A stretch of 64,000 nucleotides of DNA from contig OZ251233.1 of assembly GCA_965240325.2 (NCBI GenBank), positions 496,001-560,000 on the forward strand, written 5' to 3'. The notes beneath the pieces are model-generated. The model saw only the letters and a list, made by a program, of their open reading frames with translations, was not told the origin of the DNA and did no database searches. Every line of letters begins with the position of its first letter. Positions within the stretch are counted from its first letter, which is position 1. The DNA comes from Rebecca billardiae RCC1528 (lineage: Eukaryota > Protista > Haptophyta). Of the stretch, positions 1-10,478 are shown piece after piece. The position numbers and the translations under genes are program-made.

Positions 1-755
1 GTCGATCACGCCTCGCGCCCGCCTGTCGGCCGTCGCGCAGGCGCTGGTCGAACCCTACTCGGACCAGTGCAAATCACCTAACTATCCTGGCGCTGCCGCG
101 GTGCGCGGTGACCCGCGGCGGGACAGCGGTCAGTCAGCAGCAGCGGCCCGAACGAATCCGCGGCCCCGCACCGTGCTCCCTGGCTGTCAGCTTCGCGTGG
201 CCTGGCGTGCACGTGGAGTCGCGCTCATGCGTCGATCACGCCTCGTCGCATCCGCCTGTACATAATCGGCGCCGCGCCGGCGGCTGCGAAGTGCGCCGAT
301 GGGCCCGCGCCCCGGGCGCGGCGGGCGGCGGCGCGCCGCTGGAGTCTAGTTGTACGGGCATGCAACTCCGGGTCTGTCAATAGACGACTGCGATGGAGGG
401 TGCACCGCCACCGCGGGCCCTGAACTACGTTCGTTCTACGGAAAAGGACCGCGGAACGCGGTCATGTATATATATATATATGATTAACGTGACGTGGACG
501 TGGTATGCAACGGCCAACGGGCAGGCGTCTGAGAGTCAGCAAGCTGTAGCAGCAGATCGAGCAGCAGAGACAAACACCAGTAGGATCAGCGCTCCTCGCA
601 TGTGTATATTGTAATATAATAACGTGCGTGCGCGCGCTAATATATTCCGTACTGATGTCCGTCACGCTGATGATGATGCGTAGTTAGTTATTATGTATAT
701 AGTCATCGTCGTAGTAGTATAGCTGTCGTCACGACACTGGAGACTGGCGGCGGGA

Positions 756-1964
756 TCATATCGGCATCGTGTCCATCAATGTCCAATTGCTGTGCCTTTG
801 GCCGCGGGTGCCCCGCCGTAAGACCGGGACCACGCCCGTGTACTTGTGGCGCAGCGCGACAGTGGTGCCAAGCTCCTCGTCACCTGTCCGTCTGTGCGCA
901 CATATCTGCCGCATCGGCAGGGCGCGCACGTAGCGTTGCGCCAGCACCACGCGCCTCGCGAAGCTGATACGCGGCAGCGGCCTGCGGCTCGCCTCGCTCT
1001 GGGTGCAAGCGCGGATGACCTGGCGCAGGTCCGGCTGCAGCCACATGCCGCCATCCCGGCGCACGAGCTGCACGATTCGTTTGTCGGCGGTATGCCTGAG
1101 CGGCCGTCGGCTGTCGAAGCCGTCATCGAGCAGGGCGCTCGCGTAGTCCCAGTACTTGAAGGCCTCGGCGGGGAGGGGCGACCAGAGCACCGACGGCACG
1201 CCGAGCGAGTCCGAGAGGATGAGGCCGTGCAGCGAGCTGGAGACGACCACGTCGCACCGGCCGATGGCGCGCATCACGTCGAGCGCCGCCTGCGCGTGCG
1301 AGATCACCTTGAGTCCGAGCGCGCGCGCCGCCGGCCGGAGCGTCCGGTCCACGCCATGCGGGATCGCGCACACGCCGTCGCCGCCGCGCGCGGAGATGTT
1401 GAAGGAGCTCGGGATCAGCAGCGGCGCGAACAGCCCGGGGTCGCCGATCGCAGGCGACAGGCTGGGGCGCCCGCTCGCCGCGCGCAGTACAGTGAGCGAG
1501 TGGTGGCCGCGCAGGGCGGCGATCGTCACGTTTCCCGAGCGAATGACTCCGCGCGCGTAGCTCGACAGCCGATGCTGGCGCAGCCCGACGCCCGCAAAGA
1601 TGTCGCCGGGCTGCACGAGATCTGCGTTGACGCCGATGAGCATCAGCTTGCCGTGCATCGCGGGATTCCGAGTCTCGGGCGCCTGCTCGAGAGGGAGGCG
1701 GAGTATCGCCGCCCACAAGTCGATGCTGAGGTCGTCACCAAAGTTCAAGCGCCCCCATTGCGCGTTGGGCGGCCTCAAGATGTACACGGGCGCGGGCGAT
1801 GCGCACGGCAGGTGCTTGTCGAGAATCGTGCGAAGCGAGCGCCGCGCGTTTTCAAGCGCGTCGGGATCCCCACGAAAGTGCCGCACCTCGGCGGGCGACA
1901 TGGGCACGCACGGGGCGTGATGAGGCGCCGCGCCGCAGAAGATGATCGCGAGGCCGAGGTGCAT
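756..1964 (-). CDS. Polysaccharide pyruvyl transferase family protein (ExoV/Pvg1-like), copy 1
   Basis: Motifs NFGDDL, LRG, IGDPGLFAPLL, IPH, VVSSSLHGLILSDSLGVP and FKYWDY are typical of PS_pyruv_trans/ExoV proteins. ATG at 1964 is followed by a hydrophobic N-terminus (MHLGLAIIFCGAA). No intron evident. Confidence 0.85.
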   Translation of the reverse strand: MHLGLAIIFCGAAPHHAPCVPMSPAEVRHFRGDPDALENARRSLRTILDKHLPCASPAPVYILRPPNAQWGRLNFGDDLSIDLWAAILRLPLEQAPETRNPAMHGKLMLIGVNADLVQPGDIFAGVGLRQHRLSSYARGVIRSGNVTIAALRGHHSLTVLRAASGRPSLSPAIGDPGLFAPLLIPSSFNISARGGDGVCAIPHGVDRTLRPAARALGLKVISHAQAALDVMRAIGRCDVVVSSSLHGLILSDSLGVPSVLWSPLPAEAFKYWDYASALLDDGFDSRRPLRHTADKRIVQLVRRDGGMWLQPDLRQVIRACTQSEASRRPLPRISFARRVVLAQRYVRALPMRQICAHRRTGDEELGTTVALRHKYTGVVPVLRRGTRGQRHSNWTLMDTMPI

Positions 1965-2217
1965 GGGTGAGGGATCGGGCGACAATCAGGGATCAGGGTG
2001 GAGGACCCGTGGACATCTCCCGAAGCGCTTTGATGCCCTCCGAGCGAACCAAGGTCGGAGGTTACCGCGTATGGGCTAATTATGATTAATATTGGTGTGG
2101 CTTCGTAACTCCCTGGTCGTAACTCCCCACATGTGACGATTACATATACATATATATATATATATATATATGTTACATATGATACGACTAGTAGCCATAG
2201 TAGGGAGTTACTGCAAT

Positions 2218-3452
2218 ACAGTTTACTAAGAATAAGAGACGCACACACTCACAGGCAGGCGAGATTTGACAGAATAGACGACGCACATGGTCATGTACAG
2301 CTCAGGCAGGCGCGAGATTGACGCCCGCCAACTGTCACCGCCCATGAAGCCGTCGCCCGAGGCCTAGATGAGGGCTGCGGCCGCCTCGCGGCGCGCCAGC
2401 GCCCGTCGTCCTCTCCCCACCGTCGTCCCCAAACCGTCTTCCTCCGAATTCTCCATCAACTGGGCGCCCTGGCACTACGGTCGCGGTTGTCAGGGAAGGC
2501 GTGACGCGTGTCTCAGTATCAAGCGGCATGACTGGGGTAGCATATCACACAGAAGGCTTGGCCCTCAGAAGATGTGGGCTCCAGTGTGGCGTGTTGGCCT
2601 CAAAGCCGGCGGCAGGGCTCTGTTGCCCGGAGGGTCCGCTGGCTCACCAGCTGTGGGGGCCGGGGCGTCCCAGGCTGTTTGCGCTTACGGGCTGGGGCCG
2701 GCACTGGACGCACTGGTGCCACCCTGCCACTCGTGCTGGCCTGCATGTATGGCTGCTGCCCGACTCACTCGCCCCGAGGGCTGCCCCAGCGGGCTGCTCC
2801 CAGGCAGGCTGGCACGAAGCGTCGTCATGCTGGCGAGGAGCTGCAGCTGTGCCTGCTCCGCGCATACGCGCGGCGCTGGCACAGCCTGGCAGACTTGCGG
2901 CACCGGGGGGGGGGGGGGGGGGCAGGTGATGGGGCTTGGGGCTGGTCAGGGGCAGGGGCGCCCGACCAGCGAGGCTGCTGCAGGGTGTCAAAATCTAGGC
3001 GGCCCCGCTTGGCCGGCGGGCGATGCCCCACTGCGCTAGTAGGGCCTAGGGGGATCGATCGCCACGCGGTGCGACGGGCGGCGCGTGCTCGCTGGCACTG
3101 TGACTGCTGCCACTGGCGGCACCCGACCCCGGGGGTATCCAAGCGTGGGGCCTCGTGCCACCGGTGACGGGGGGCTGTCTGTGTGGGCCCTGTGCATAGG
3201 GCGCTTGCCTGTGCCCGCAGCAGTGTGGGGCGGATGCAGTGCACAGCGGTCCGTGGCATCGTAACGAATGCCATCGATCTACTATAGTCATCAGCAGGTT
3301 GCCATTCAAGGCATTAGGCATTACGGTTGCGCGGTACTGGCCGTCACCTTACACTTACAGTTTATACTAAGAATATAATCAGAGACGCACACGGCTCAGG
3401 CAGGCGAGATCGACGCCCGCCAACTGTCACCGCCCGCCATGAAGCCGTCGCC
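2218..3452. repeat. Degenerate direct repeat pair (about 2218-2357 and 3358-3452) flanking about 1 kb of unassigned sequence
   Basis: cagttt(at)actaagaata...agagacgcacac...caggcaggcgagat..gacgcccgccaactgtcaccgccc..atgaagccgtcgcc occurs twice, with small indels. Confidence 0.7.
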
Positions 3453-3941
3453 GATGGTAAGTGCCGTACACGGACCGAGGGGGTCGGCTAGTTAGCACTT
3501 ATCATAGCGCAGTCTCTGAGCCGGCCGGGCCCGGCCCCGGGGCGGCGCCCGCGGGCTTACACCGCTTACAGGTCCAGGAACCGCGACGGCGCGACTGCGC
3601 ATACCGTGCGACCGTTGGCCGGCACACTCTCCGCGTCATGCTGAGCTGGCATCCTCAATAATAATGTGGTCGCAGACGACGATATACATCAATAATAATG
3701 AGCGGGCCTGGGGGCGCCTGGGCTCCGGCGAGCGAGCTAGGACGGGCCGCCGCGCCCGGCTGGCCGCGCGAGGCAACTGCGGCTAGCTTGCCTAGCAACC
3801 ATCATATCGCAGTGTATGTGGCGCCGGAGCCGAGCCGCACGCTTTGACGTGCCGTGCCGCGCGCCCGTTGCCAATCACCACTGCCCAGTCACTTTGGTGG
3901 CGGGCGGTGCTCACGGCTTCGCGCGCACAGTGGCAGGCTGC

Positions 3942-5093
3942 TCAGCTGCGCAGCCGTTCCGGGACCACGCCCGTGTACTGGCGGCGCAGCTCGACAGTGG
4001 TGCCAAACTCCTCTTCACCTGTCCGTCTGTGTGCACATATCTGCCGCATCGGCAGGGCGCGCACGTAGCGTTGCGCCAGCACCGCGCGCCTCGCGAAGCT
4101 GATACGCGGCAGCGGCCTGCGGCTCGCCTCGCTCTGGGTGCAAGCGCGGATGACCTGGCGCAGGTCCGGCTGCAGCCACATGCCGCCATCCCGGCGCACG
4201 AGCTGCACGATTCGTTTGTCAGCGATCCGCCCGAGCGGCCGTCGGCGTCCGTCATCGAGCAGGGCGCTCGCGTAGTCCCAGTACTTGAAGGCCTCGGCGG
4301 GGAGGGGCGACCAGAGCACCGACGGCACGCCGAGCGAGTCCGAGAGGATGAGGCCGTGCAGCGAGCTCGAGACGACCACGTCGCACCGGCCGATGGCGCG
4401 CATCACGTCGAGCGCCGCCTGCGCGTGCGAGATCACCTTGAGTCCGAGCGCGCGCGCCGCCGGCCGGAGCGTCCGGTCCACGCCATGCGGGATCGCGCAC
4501 ACGCCGTCGCCGCCGCGCGCGGAGATGTTGAAGGAGCTCGGGATCAGCAGCGGCGCGAACAGCCCGGGGTCGCCGATCGCGGGCGACAGGCTGGAGCGCC
4601 CGCTCGCCGCGCGCAGTACGGCGAGGGAGTGGTTGCCGCGCAGGGCGGCGATCGTCACGTTTCCCGAGCGAATGACTCCGCGCGCGTAGCTCGACAGCCG
4701 ATGCAGGTGCAGCCCGACGCCCGCAAAGATGTCGCCGGGCTGCACGAGATCTGCGTTGACGCCGATGAGCATCAGCTTGCCGTGCATCGCGGGATTCCGA
4801 GTCTCGGGCGCCTGCTCGAGAGGGAGGCGGAGTATCGCCGCCCACAAGTCGATGTTGAGGTCGTCACCAAAGTTCAAGCGCCCCCATTGAGCGTTGGGCG
4901 GCCTCAAGATGTACACGGGCGCGGGCGATGCGCACGGCAGGTGCTTGTCGAGAATCGTGCGAAGCGAGCGCCGCGCGTTTTCAAGCGCGTCGGGATCCCC
5001 ACGAAAGTGCCGCACCTCGGCGGGCGACATGGGCACGCACGGGGCGTGATGAGGCGCCGCGCCGCAGAAGATGATCGCGAGGCCGAGGTGCAT
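3942..5093 (-). CDS. Polysaccharide pyruvyl transferase family protein, copy 2 (tandem paralogue)
   Basis: Near-identical to copy 1 over about 826-1977 vs 3960-5106, with the same motifs. The C-terminus differs (VVPERLRS*) and there is a 6-bp indel near LLDDG. Confidence 0.85.
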   Translation of the reverse strand: MHLGLAIIFCGAAPHHAPCVPMSPAEVRHFRGDPDALENARRSLRTILDKHLPCASPAPVYILRPPNAQWGRLNFGDDLNIDLWAAILRLPLEQAPETRNPAMHGKLMLIGVNADLVQPGDIFAGVGLHLHRLSSYARGVIRSGNVTIAALRGNHSLAVLRAASGRSSLSPAIGDPGLFAPLLIPSSFNISARGGDGVCAIPHGVDRTLRPAARALGLKVISHAQAALDVMRAIGRCDVVVSSSLHGLILSDSLGVPSVLWSPLPAEAFKYWDYASALLDDGRRRPLGRIADKRIVQLVRRDGGMWLQPDLRQVIRACTQSEASRRPLPRISFARRAVLAQRYVRALPMRQICAHRRTGEEEFGTTVELRRQYTGVVPERLRS

Positions 5094-5230
5094 GGGTGAG
5101 GGATCGCACGACGGCCATGGCCGATAGGACGTGCACCACACCAAATAAAGGAATGGCGGTTTGTCCCTTGGTCGCACCTTGATTCGATTGGTCGCACAAC
5201 GGGTCGACCCCGGCCGGCCGGTCAATAATA

Positions 5231-7614
5231 GACCCCTTCAGGGACGGTTACGGCAGCCATGCTGACCCAGACCAGCGCAGGTCGTCTCGGGGTACGCTGG
5301 TGGCGTCTCTGGATGCCCGGCGAGCACCTTGCTGCGGCGTCGACGTGCTAGCCGACGGGCGTTAAGGACTTGTTGAAGGACTTGGCGCCCGTCTCGAAGG
5401 TGATCGGCGTTGATGAGCTCCGTCGACGCGAGCATCTGGATCCACCAGCTCGCCGCTGTCCGTGCTGATGTGCTCGATGCGGGTGATTATCCAACGCGGC
5501 CTCTTCTTGTCGCGCGCGCGACGGCCCCATCGCATGGGACTGATTGCACAAGGTTGCCTGCGCGATAGTTTTGCGAGCGCGTCCGACTCGGCTGCTCGGA
5601 GCGATGCTGCGAATACGTGTGCGCGCCTGTCAACAGCGGGGCAATCCTTCACCACGCGACCCTACTGGTTTCTGCGTGGGAACGATGGCGCAAGGGCAAG
5701 ACCACACCCACCAGTGACATCTGTAGCCTAGCGATCAGCCAGCTGTTCGGCGCGTGCCACGTGGCTGGCGCTGCTGCACCGCGAGCGGCGCGCGGGCTGC
5801 GCTGTCACCGCACGGCAGCAGCTGTGGCTGCGACACACCGGTCGAGCCGCGACAGGGTGCCTGCTGGCCCATGGCTGCACATGCGCGGATTCGTGCACAG
5901 CCACGACACGGTATGGCAGGGCCGCTTGATCTGCTCGCGCGAGAGCCTTTGGGTGCCAGCTAGCGGGGGCGCCGCACACGCGCCCGCTCGCGCTGCGCAG
6001 CAGACGGGTGCAGTGTTGCGAGTGCCGAGGGCTGCGCACGCATCGCACGCGTTGCTGTGCGCTGCTCGCGGGTGCTCGTGGGTGCTCGCTCAGGCGCGTG
6101 GACCGTCAGGCCACCCAGCGGCCGACGCGCCTCGTCCGCTGCCGCGAGCAGCCCCGCGCTGGCGACTGGCGGTGCCCGTCTGCAGCAGGTTGGCGGTGCA
6201 TCGGACGGCGCGCGCCCGGCGAGTGCCCTCAGCGGCATGCTGCTGGACGGTGCACGCCAGGGTTGTCCCCCACGCGAATATGAATCGCTCCTGGCAGGCT
6301 GGTAGCTTTTAGAGATGGACGACAAACTGCGCCGGGCGGGGCCGCGCTCGGCACCTCGGCCGAGAATCACAGCGTGTCGCCGCACTGCATGTCTCTCACA
6401 TCCGCACTACTGGAGGCACAGTGCACGGCCGCCCGCGGAGCGCCGCAGACAGCCCTTAGAGCAGTGCGGCAGGTGTTGAACAAAACTGAGCAGAGAGCGC
6501 GGCAGCACCGCGCGCGCGCACGGCGCAAGCAGCACGCGTACTCGCCGGATGCACTTACCCCCACGTGCGCGTGCACGCCCGCAGTGCGGTCTCACTGAGT
6601 GACCTAATTCGCGCCGCAGTGTTAGGCTCCGCGTATACAATGAGCACTACGTAGTTCGGCTGGCACAGGGCAGGCAGCTCCGCTCACGCCTGACGGGCGG
6701 TGATGCCGTGGCGCGGCGCGGCGTGGCTGAGATTTCGATCAATGATAGGAGTAGGCAGCACGCTGATGCTGCGCCACCGCCGCAGCGGCGTGGAACCCCG
6801 CGGTATTACCCACACGAGTGTGCATATAAGCACTACATCACGGCCTGCACAGCAGCAGCGGTAGTGCACCACTCTAGCTGAAGCCGAGTGTGTCACACCG
6901 TCTGTCAAGACTGGTGTGTGACGCGCACGACCCCTGAAGTGACGGCACTGACAGTGACTGACGCACACACGACGATGAGTAGTAAAATATTCGAGCCGCG
7001 CTTTCGCGGATGCACTGATGATGCTGAGTCGGTGCCACTGAGATCATGAAGCGCGAGGCTCCGTAGCATACCCGCACGAGTGCGCACGAGCTGGCCACGG
7101 CTCAGATTCGAGCTGTCCGTTCGGCCGCACGCTCGCAACGGCAATGGCAGCGCGTGCGGCGGTATAGTGGCCCCAGTGCATGCTACTCGACGGCGCGTGG
7201 CGCGAGAGCGTTGCAACGTACCCGGCGCCACGCACCAGCCGAACTGCCCCCGCCCCCGCACCCGGTCTCACATACCTCGCCCAACCTGACTCCAGTACGC
7301 GCCGTCACGGCCGAACCAAACGGCCGAGCAGCAACTACTGAATGCAGCTGGTCGTGGGTGCGCGTGGTGGTCGAGACGAGCACACTCGAGCGGGATCAGC
7401 GGGCCGGCGGCAGCGCCAACAGTCGCACAAGCATCGACCTGTCCCACAGGGCAGGTCGCCCCCTCGTGGCTTCTGGCCTCGGCGAGCTCGGCCGCCGCGC
7501 ATGCTCACCCTCATGGCCCCGAGACGCCCAGCGACCAGCGTACCCCGAGACGCTCCTCGAGACGGGCTGCGAACCGACATCAGCATGGCTGCCGTAACCG
7601 TCCCTGAAGGGGTC
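5231..7614. mobile_element. Non-autonomous TIR DNA transposon with TA target-site duplication
   Basis: 35-bp perfect TIR gaccccttcagggacggttacggcagccatgctga (5231-5265; reverse complement at 7580-7614), plus a second inverted block cgtctcggggtacgctggt. Flanked by TA at 5229-30 and 7615-16. No intact transposase seen. Confidence 0.85.
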
Positions 7615-8143
7615 TATCCTCCCGGACAAAAAGAAATGAGAAATCCGGACAGCCGCCGGGGCCAGAAGGCTAGGCTTGGGCGCCGCTGTGGCTCTGCCCC
7701 CCGGGCGCGTCGAGGCGCATGTCAGCTTTTGTCGTGCCCGTGTTCGCGGTTCACGCATGCCCCACGGCCGAGATGCCTGTCTGGAGTGCCTCAGTTCGCT
7801 CGTACTGAGGACGCGCTCTCCTCTGCGTCGACTGGCAGACTTGTGTCACCGCGGGCCGCGTGGGCCATTCAGCAGGCCTCTGCGCGCAGAGAGGGCGCGG
7901 GTAAGGGTGTCGACGAGGAAAAGCGATTGCTGCCTGCGGGGCTTCTTGCGCCCACAATGCGCCCGCGCACGGCTGTCACGCCCGTATGCAGCCTTGGGAG
8001 CGCTGCCAAGGCGGCACTGTCTCGCCCCCCCCCCCCCCCGGCCGTTCGTGACCGCCATTGGGCATTGGGCATTGGCAGTCGAAAATGCTTTATTGATTTC
8101 AGAATTCAAAATACGCACAAACCGCGTGGCCGCCGCCGCCGCG

Positions 8144-9790
8144 ATGCTGCGTCCGCGCGGGGCCGCGCACGTGGCGCCGGCCACGTCACCCCGCCCGCCT
8201 CCACGGACGACGCTGTGGGTGCGCGCGCTAGTCCTCGGCGCCGTCTACGTCTTCGCCTTCATCCACGGCTCCACCTGGTCCGCCGCGCGCGTCGGCAAGG
8301 GCCGGGGGGGGCTGGCACACGGCTCGAACGCCGCGGAGGACGTGATCGCGTGCATGCTGGTCGACGAGGACGCGCGCTCGGCGCTGCGGGCGCGGCTCGC
8401 GCGCTGTGCGCCGGCGCGTGAGCTGCCTGCAGCGCCCGCCGAGGCGGCGGAGCCCGCGCAGCCGGGCGGCCGGCGTGCGCGCGTGCCGCGCGCGAGCGAC
8501 ATTGCGCCGCGCGAGCCGGTGCGCTCGCCGGCCAACGGCTCGGAGAGCGGGGGCGAGAAGCGCGTGATCAGCTACTCGCTGTACGGCGCGAAGCCAAAGT
8601 ACGTCGGCGGCGCCCTCCAGAACGCCGAGCTCGTCGGCCGCGTCTTCCCCGGCTGGGTCGCGCGCTTCTACGTCGACGCGCGCACCGTGCCGGCCGACGT
8701 GCTCCGCGGTCTGGCCCGGCGCGGCGCGGAAGTCGTGGAGGTGGACACGGCGCGGCTGCGCGACCAGCACATGTTCTGGCGGTTCTGGGTGGCGGCCGAC
8801 CCGGCCGTCGACCGCTTCATCTGCCGCGACGTCGACTCGCGCCTGCTCGAGCGCGACGCGGCTGCGGTGCGCGAGTGGACGCAGTCGGGCGCGCCCTTCC
8901 ACATCGAGCGGGACCACCCGTCGCACTCCAACTACCCGATCTCGGGCGGGCTATGGGGCGGGACGAAGCAGGCGGCGCCGGACATGCTCGAGCTGATCGG
9001 CCGATTCCCCACCGACGCGAACTACCTCTCCGACATGAACTTCCTCAACGAGCGCGTCTGGCCGCGCGCGGAGGGCCGCAGCCTGCAGCACGACGCCTTC
9101 TCGTGCGACCGGTTTGGCGCGAGGCCATTCCCGATGGCGCGCTCGGCGCAGGGCGAGCACGTGGGGCAGGTGTTCGAGGAGGACGGGAAGCCGCGCGCGG
9201 AGGACGTGCGCCTGCTGCTCGAGGCCGCCGCGCCGCCCGAGTGCCGCCACCCGGACGACGCGCCCACGCCCGGCAACAGCCGCGCCGATCGGGCGCGCTC
9301 GAGGCCGGGCCGCGCGCCGCCGCGCCCGGCCGCTGACCGCGCGCGCGCGGAGCGCAGCTGCGTCGAGATGCGCGAGAGGTACGGCGTGATCCCGCGGGCG
9401 AGCTGGGGCACCGCGCCGCGCGCGCAGCAGGCCAACTGGACGTCGCTGTCGTGTGACGCCGTGCTCGACGATCTCCAGCGGCAGCGCAGCGCCGAGCGGC
9501 TCGGCCGCGCGAGCGGCGGCGAAGCGGTGGGTGCGGCGGCGCGCGCGCGGCGCGTGCAGGAGGCGGCGCCAGAGAGCGACGCACCGGACGGGTTGGGGGG
9601 CGACGAAGGGGAGGAGGGGGAGGCCGGCGTTGCCGACGCCGACGCGGACGACGAGGACTTCAACCTCGACGGCTCGTCGGACGGCGACGACTCGGAGGCG
9701 GAGGACGAGGATGAGGGCGAGGATGACGATGATGTCGATGAGGAGGCGGATGGGGATGCGGACGAGGCGGAGGGGTTGGAGGAGCGGTGA
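8144..9790 (+). CDS. Membrane-anchored glycosyltransferase-like protein with a C-terminal Cys/Trp module and acidic tail
   Basis: N-terminal TM segment (ALVLGAVYVFAFI). Core ISYSLYG...YVGGA...FPGW..RFYVD...MFWRF...FICRDVDSRL...RDHPSH...ISGGLWG with a DxD motif. D/E-rich C-terminus. AT-rich TSS-like patch at 8080-8120. Confidence 0.75.
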   Translation: MLRPRGAAHVAPATSPRPPPRTTLWVRALVLGAVYVFAFIHGSTWSAARVGKGRGGLAHGSNAAEDVIACMLVDEDARSALRARLARCAPARELPAAPAEAAEPAQPGGRRARVPRASDIAPREPVRSPANGSESGGEKRVISYSLYGAKPKYVGGALQNAELVGRVFPGWVARFYVDARTVPADVLRGLARRGAEVVEVDTARLRDQHMFWRFWVAADPAVDRFICRDVDSRLLERDAAAVREWTQSGAPFHIERDHPSHSNYPISGGLWGGTKQAAPDMLELIGRFPTDANYLSDMNFLNERVWPRAEGRSLQHDAFSCDRFGARPFPMARSAQGEHVGQVFEEDGKPRAEDVRLLLEAAAPPECRHPDDAPTPGNSRADRARSRPGRAPPRPAADRARAERSCVEMRERYGVIPRASWGTAPRAQQANWTSLSCDAVLDDLQRQRSAERLGRASGGEAVGAAARARRVQEAAPESDAPDGLGGDEGEEGEAGVADADADDEDFNLDGSSDGDDSEAEDEDEGEDDDDVDEEADGDADEAEGLEER

Positions 9791-10478
9791 CGACTGGTGC
9801 CCAACGGGTCCCGGCCGTTTCCTGAGTCAGCCGCTTTATTCGCGCCTGCTGCTGCTATATCTATACGACAATATGTGGTAACTACCAGCAAGCAGTCGAT
9901 CGGCCGCGCCGCATCCGGTCACGCTCCGAGGGCGGCTGGGCCCGCGGGCCGTGGCAGTCGTCTGCCTGCCATGCGGACGGCACGACGCGGTAACTCCTAA
10001 CTAGCTGCGCTTCTACTCCGACTACTGACTCGTCACTCATGCCCCTGGACCTGGACGACCTGATGAGTCACTACTGATGACACTCACTCCGCGTGAGTCC
10101 GGTCGGTCGTACCGGGTGTCACGGCTGCCAGCAGTGACAGTGTTCGGTCACTAACGAGTAACGACAACGCACTATTCACTAATAAACTGAAGTTGAATAA
10201 GCAGTAGTATCGCGATATCGCTTATTCTTAACATGCTGAGTCATGAGACACTCGGTAGACGCCGCGCGCGGCTGCTGGCGAGATGCAAGTGCCGAGTGCT
10301 GCCACTGCTGCGTCGTCTGCCACCTGATGCTGATTGCTAACTAGTGCTGGCGGGCACTCTGCGGCGCGGCCCGGCCGCCCGCGGCGCCCGCGGGCGCGGC
10401 TCTCAGGTGTGCGCACGCACGCGCGGGGCTGCCCTGCCGCGTGCTGCCACTCGCGCCCGCGCATGATTCTGTCCGACC

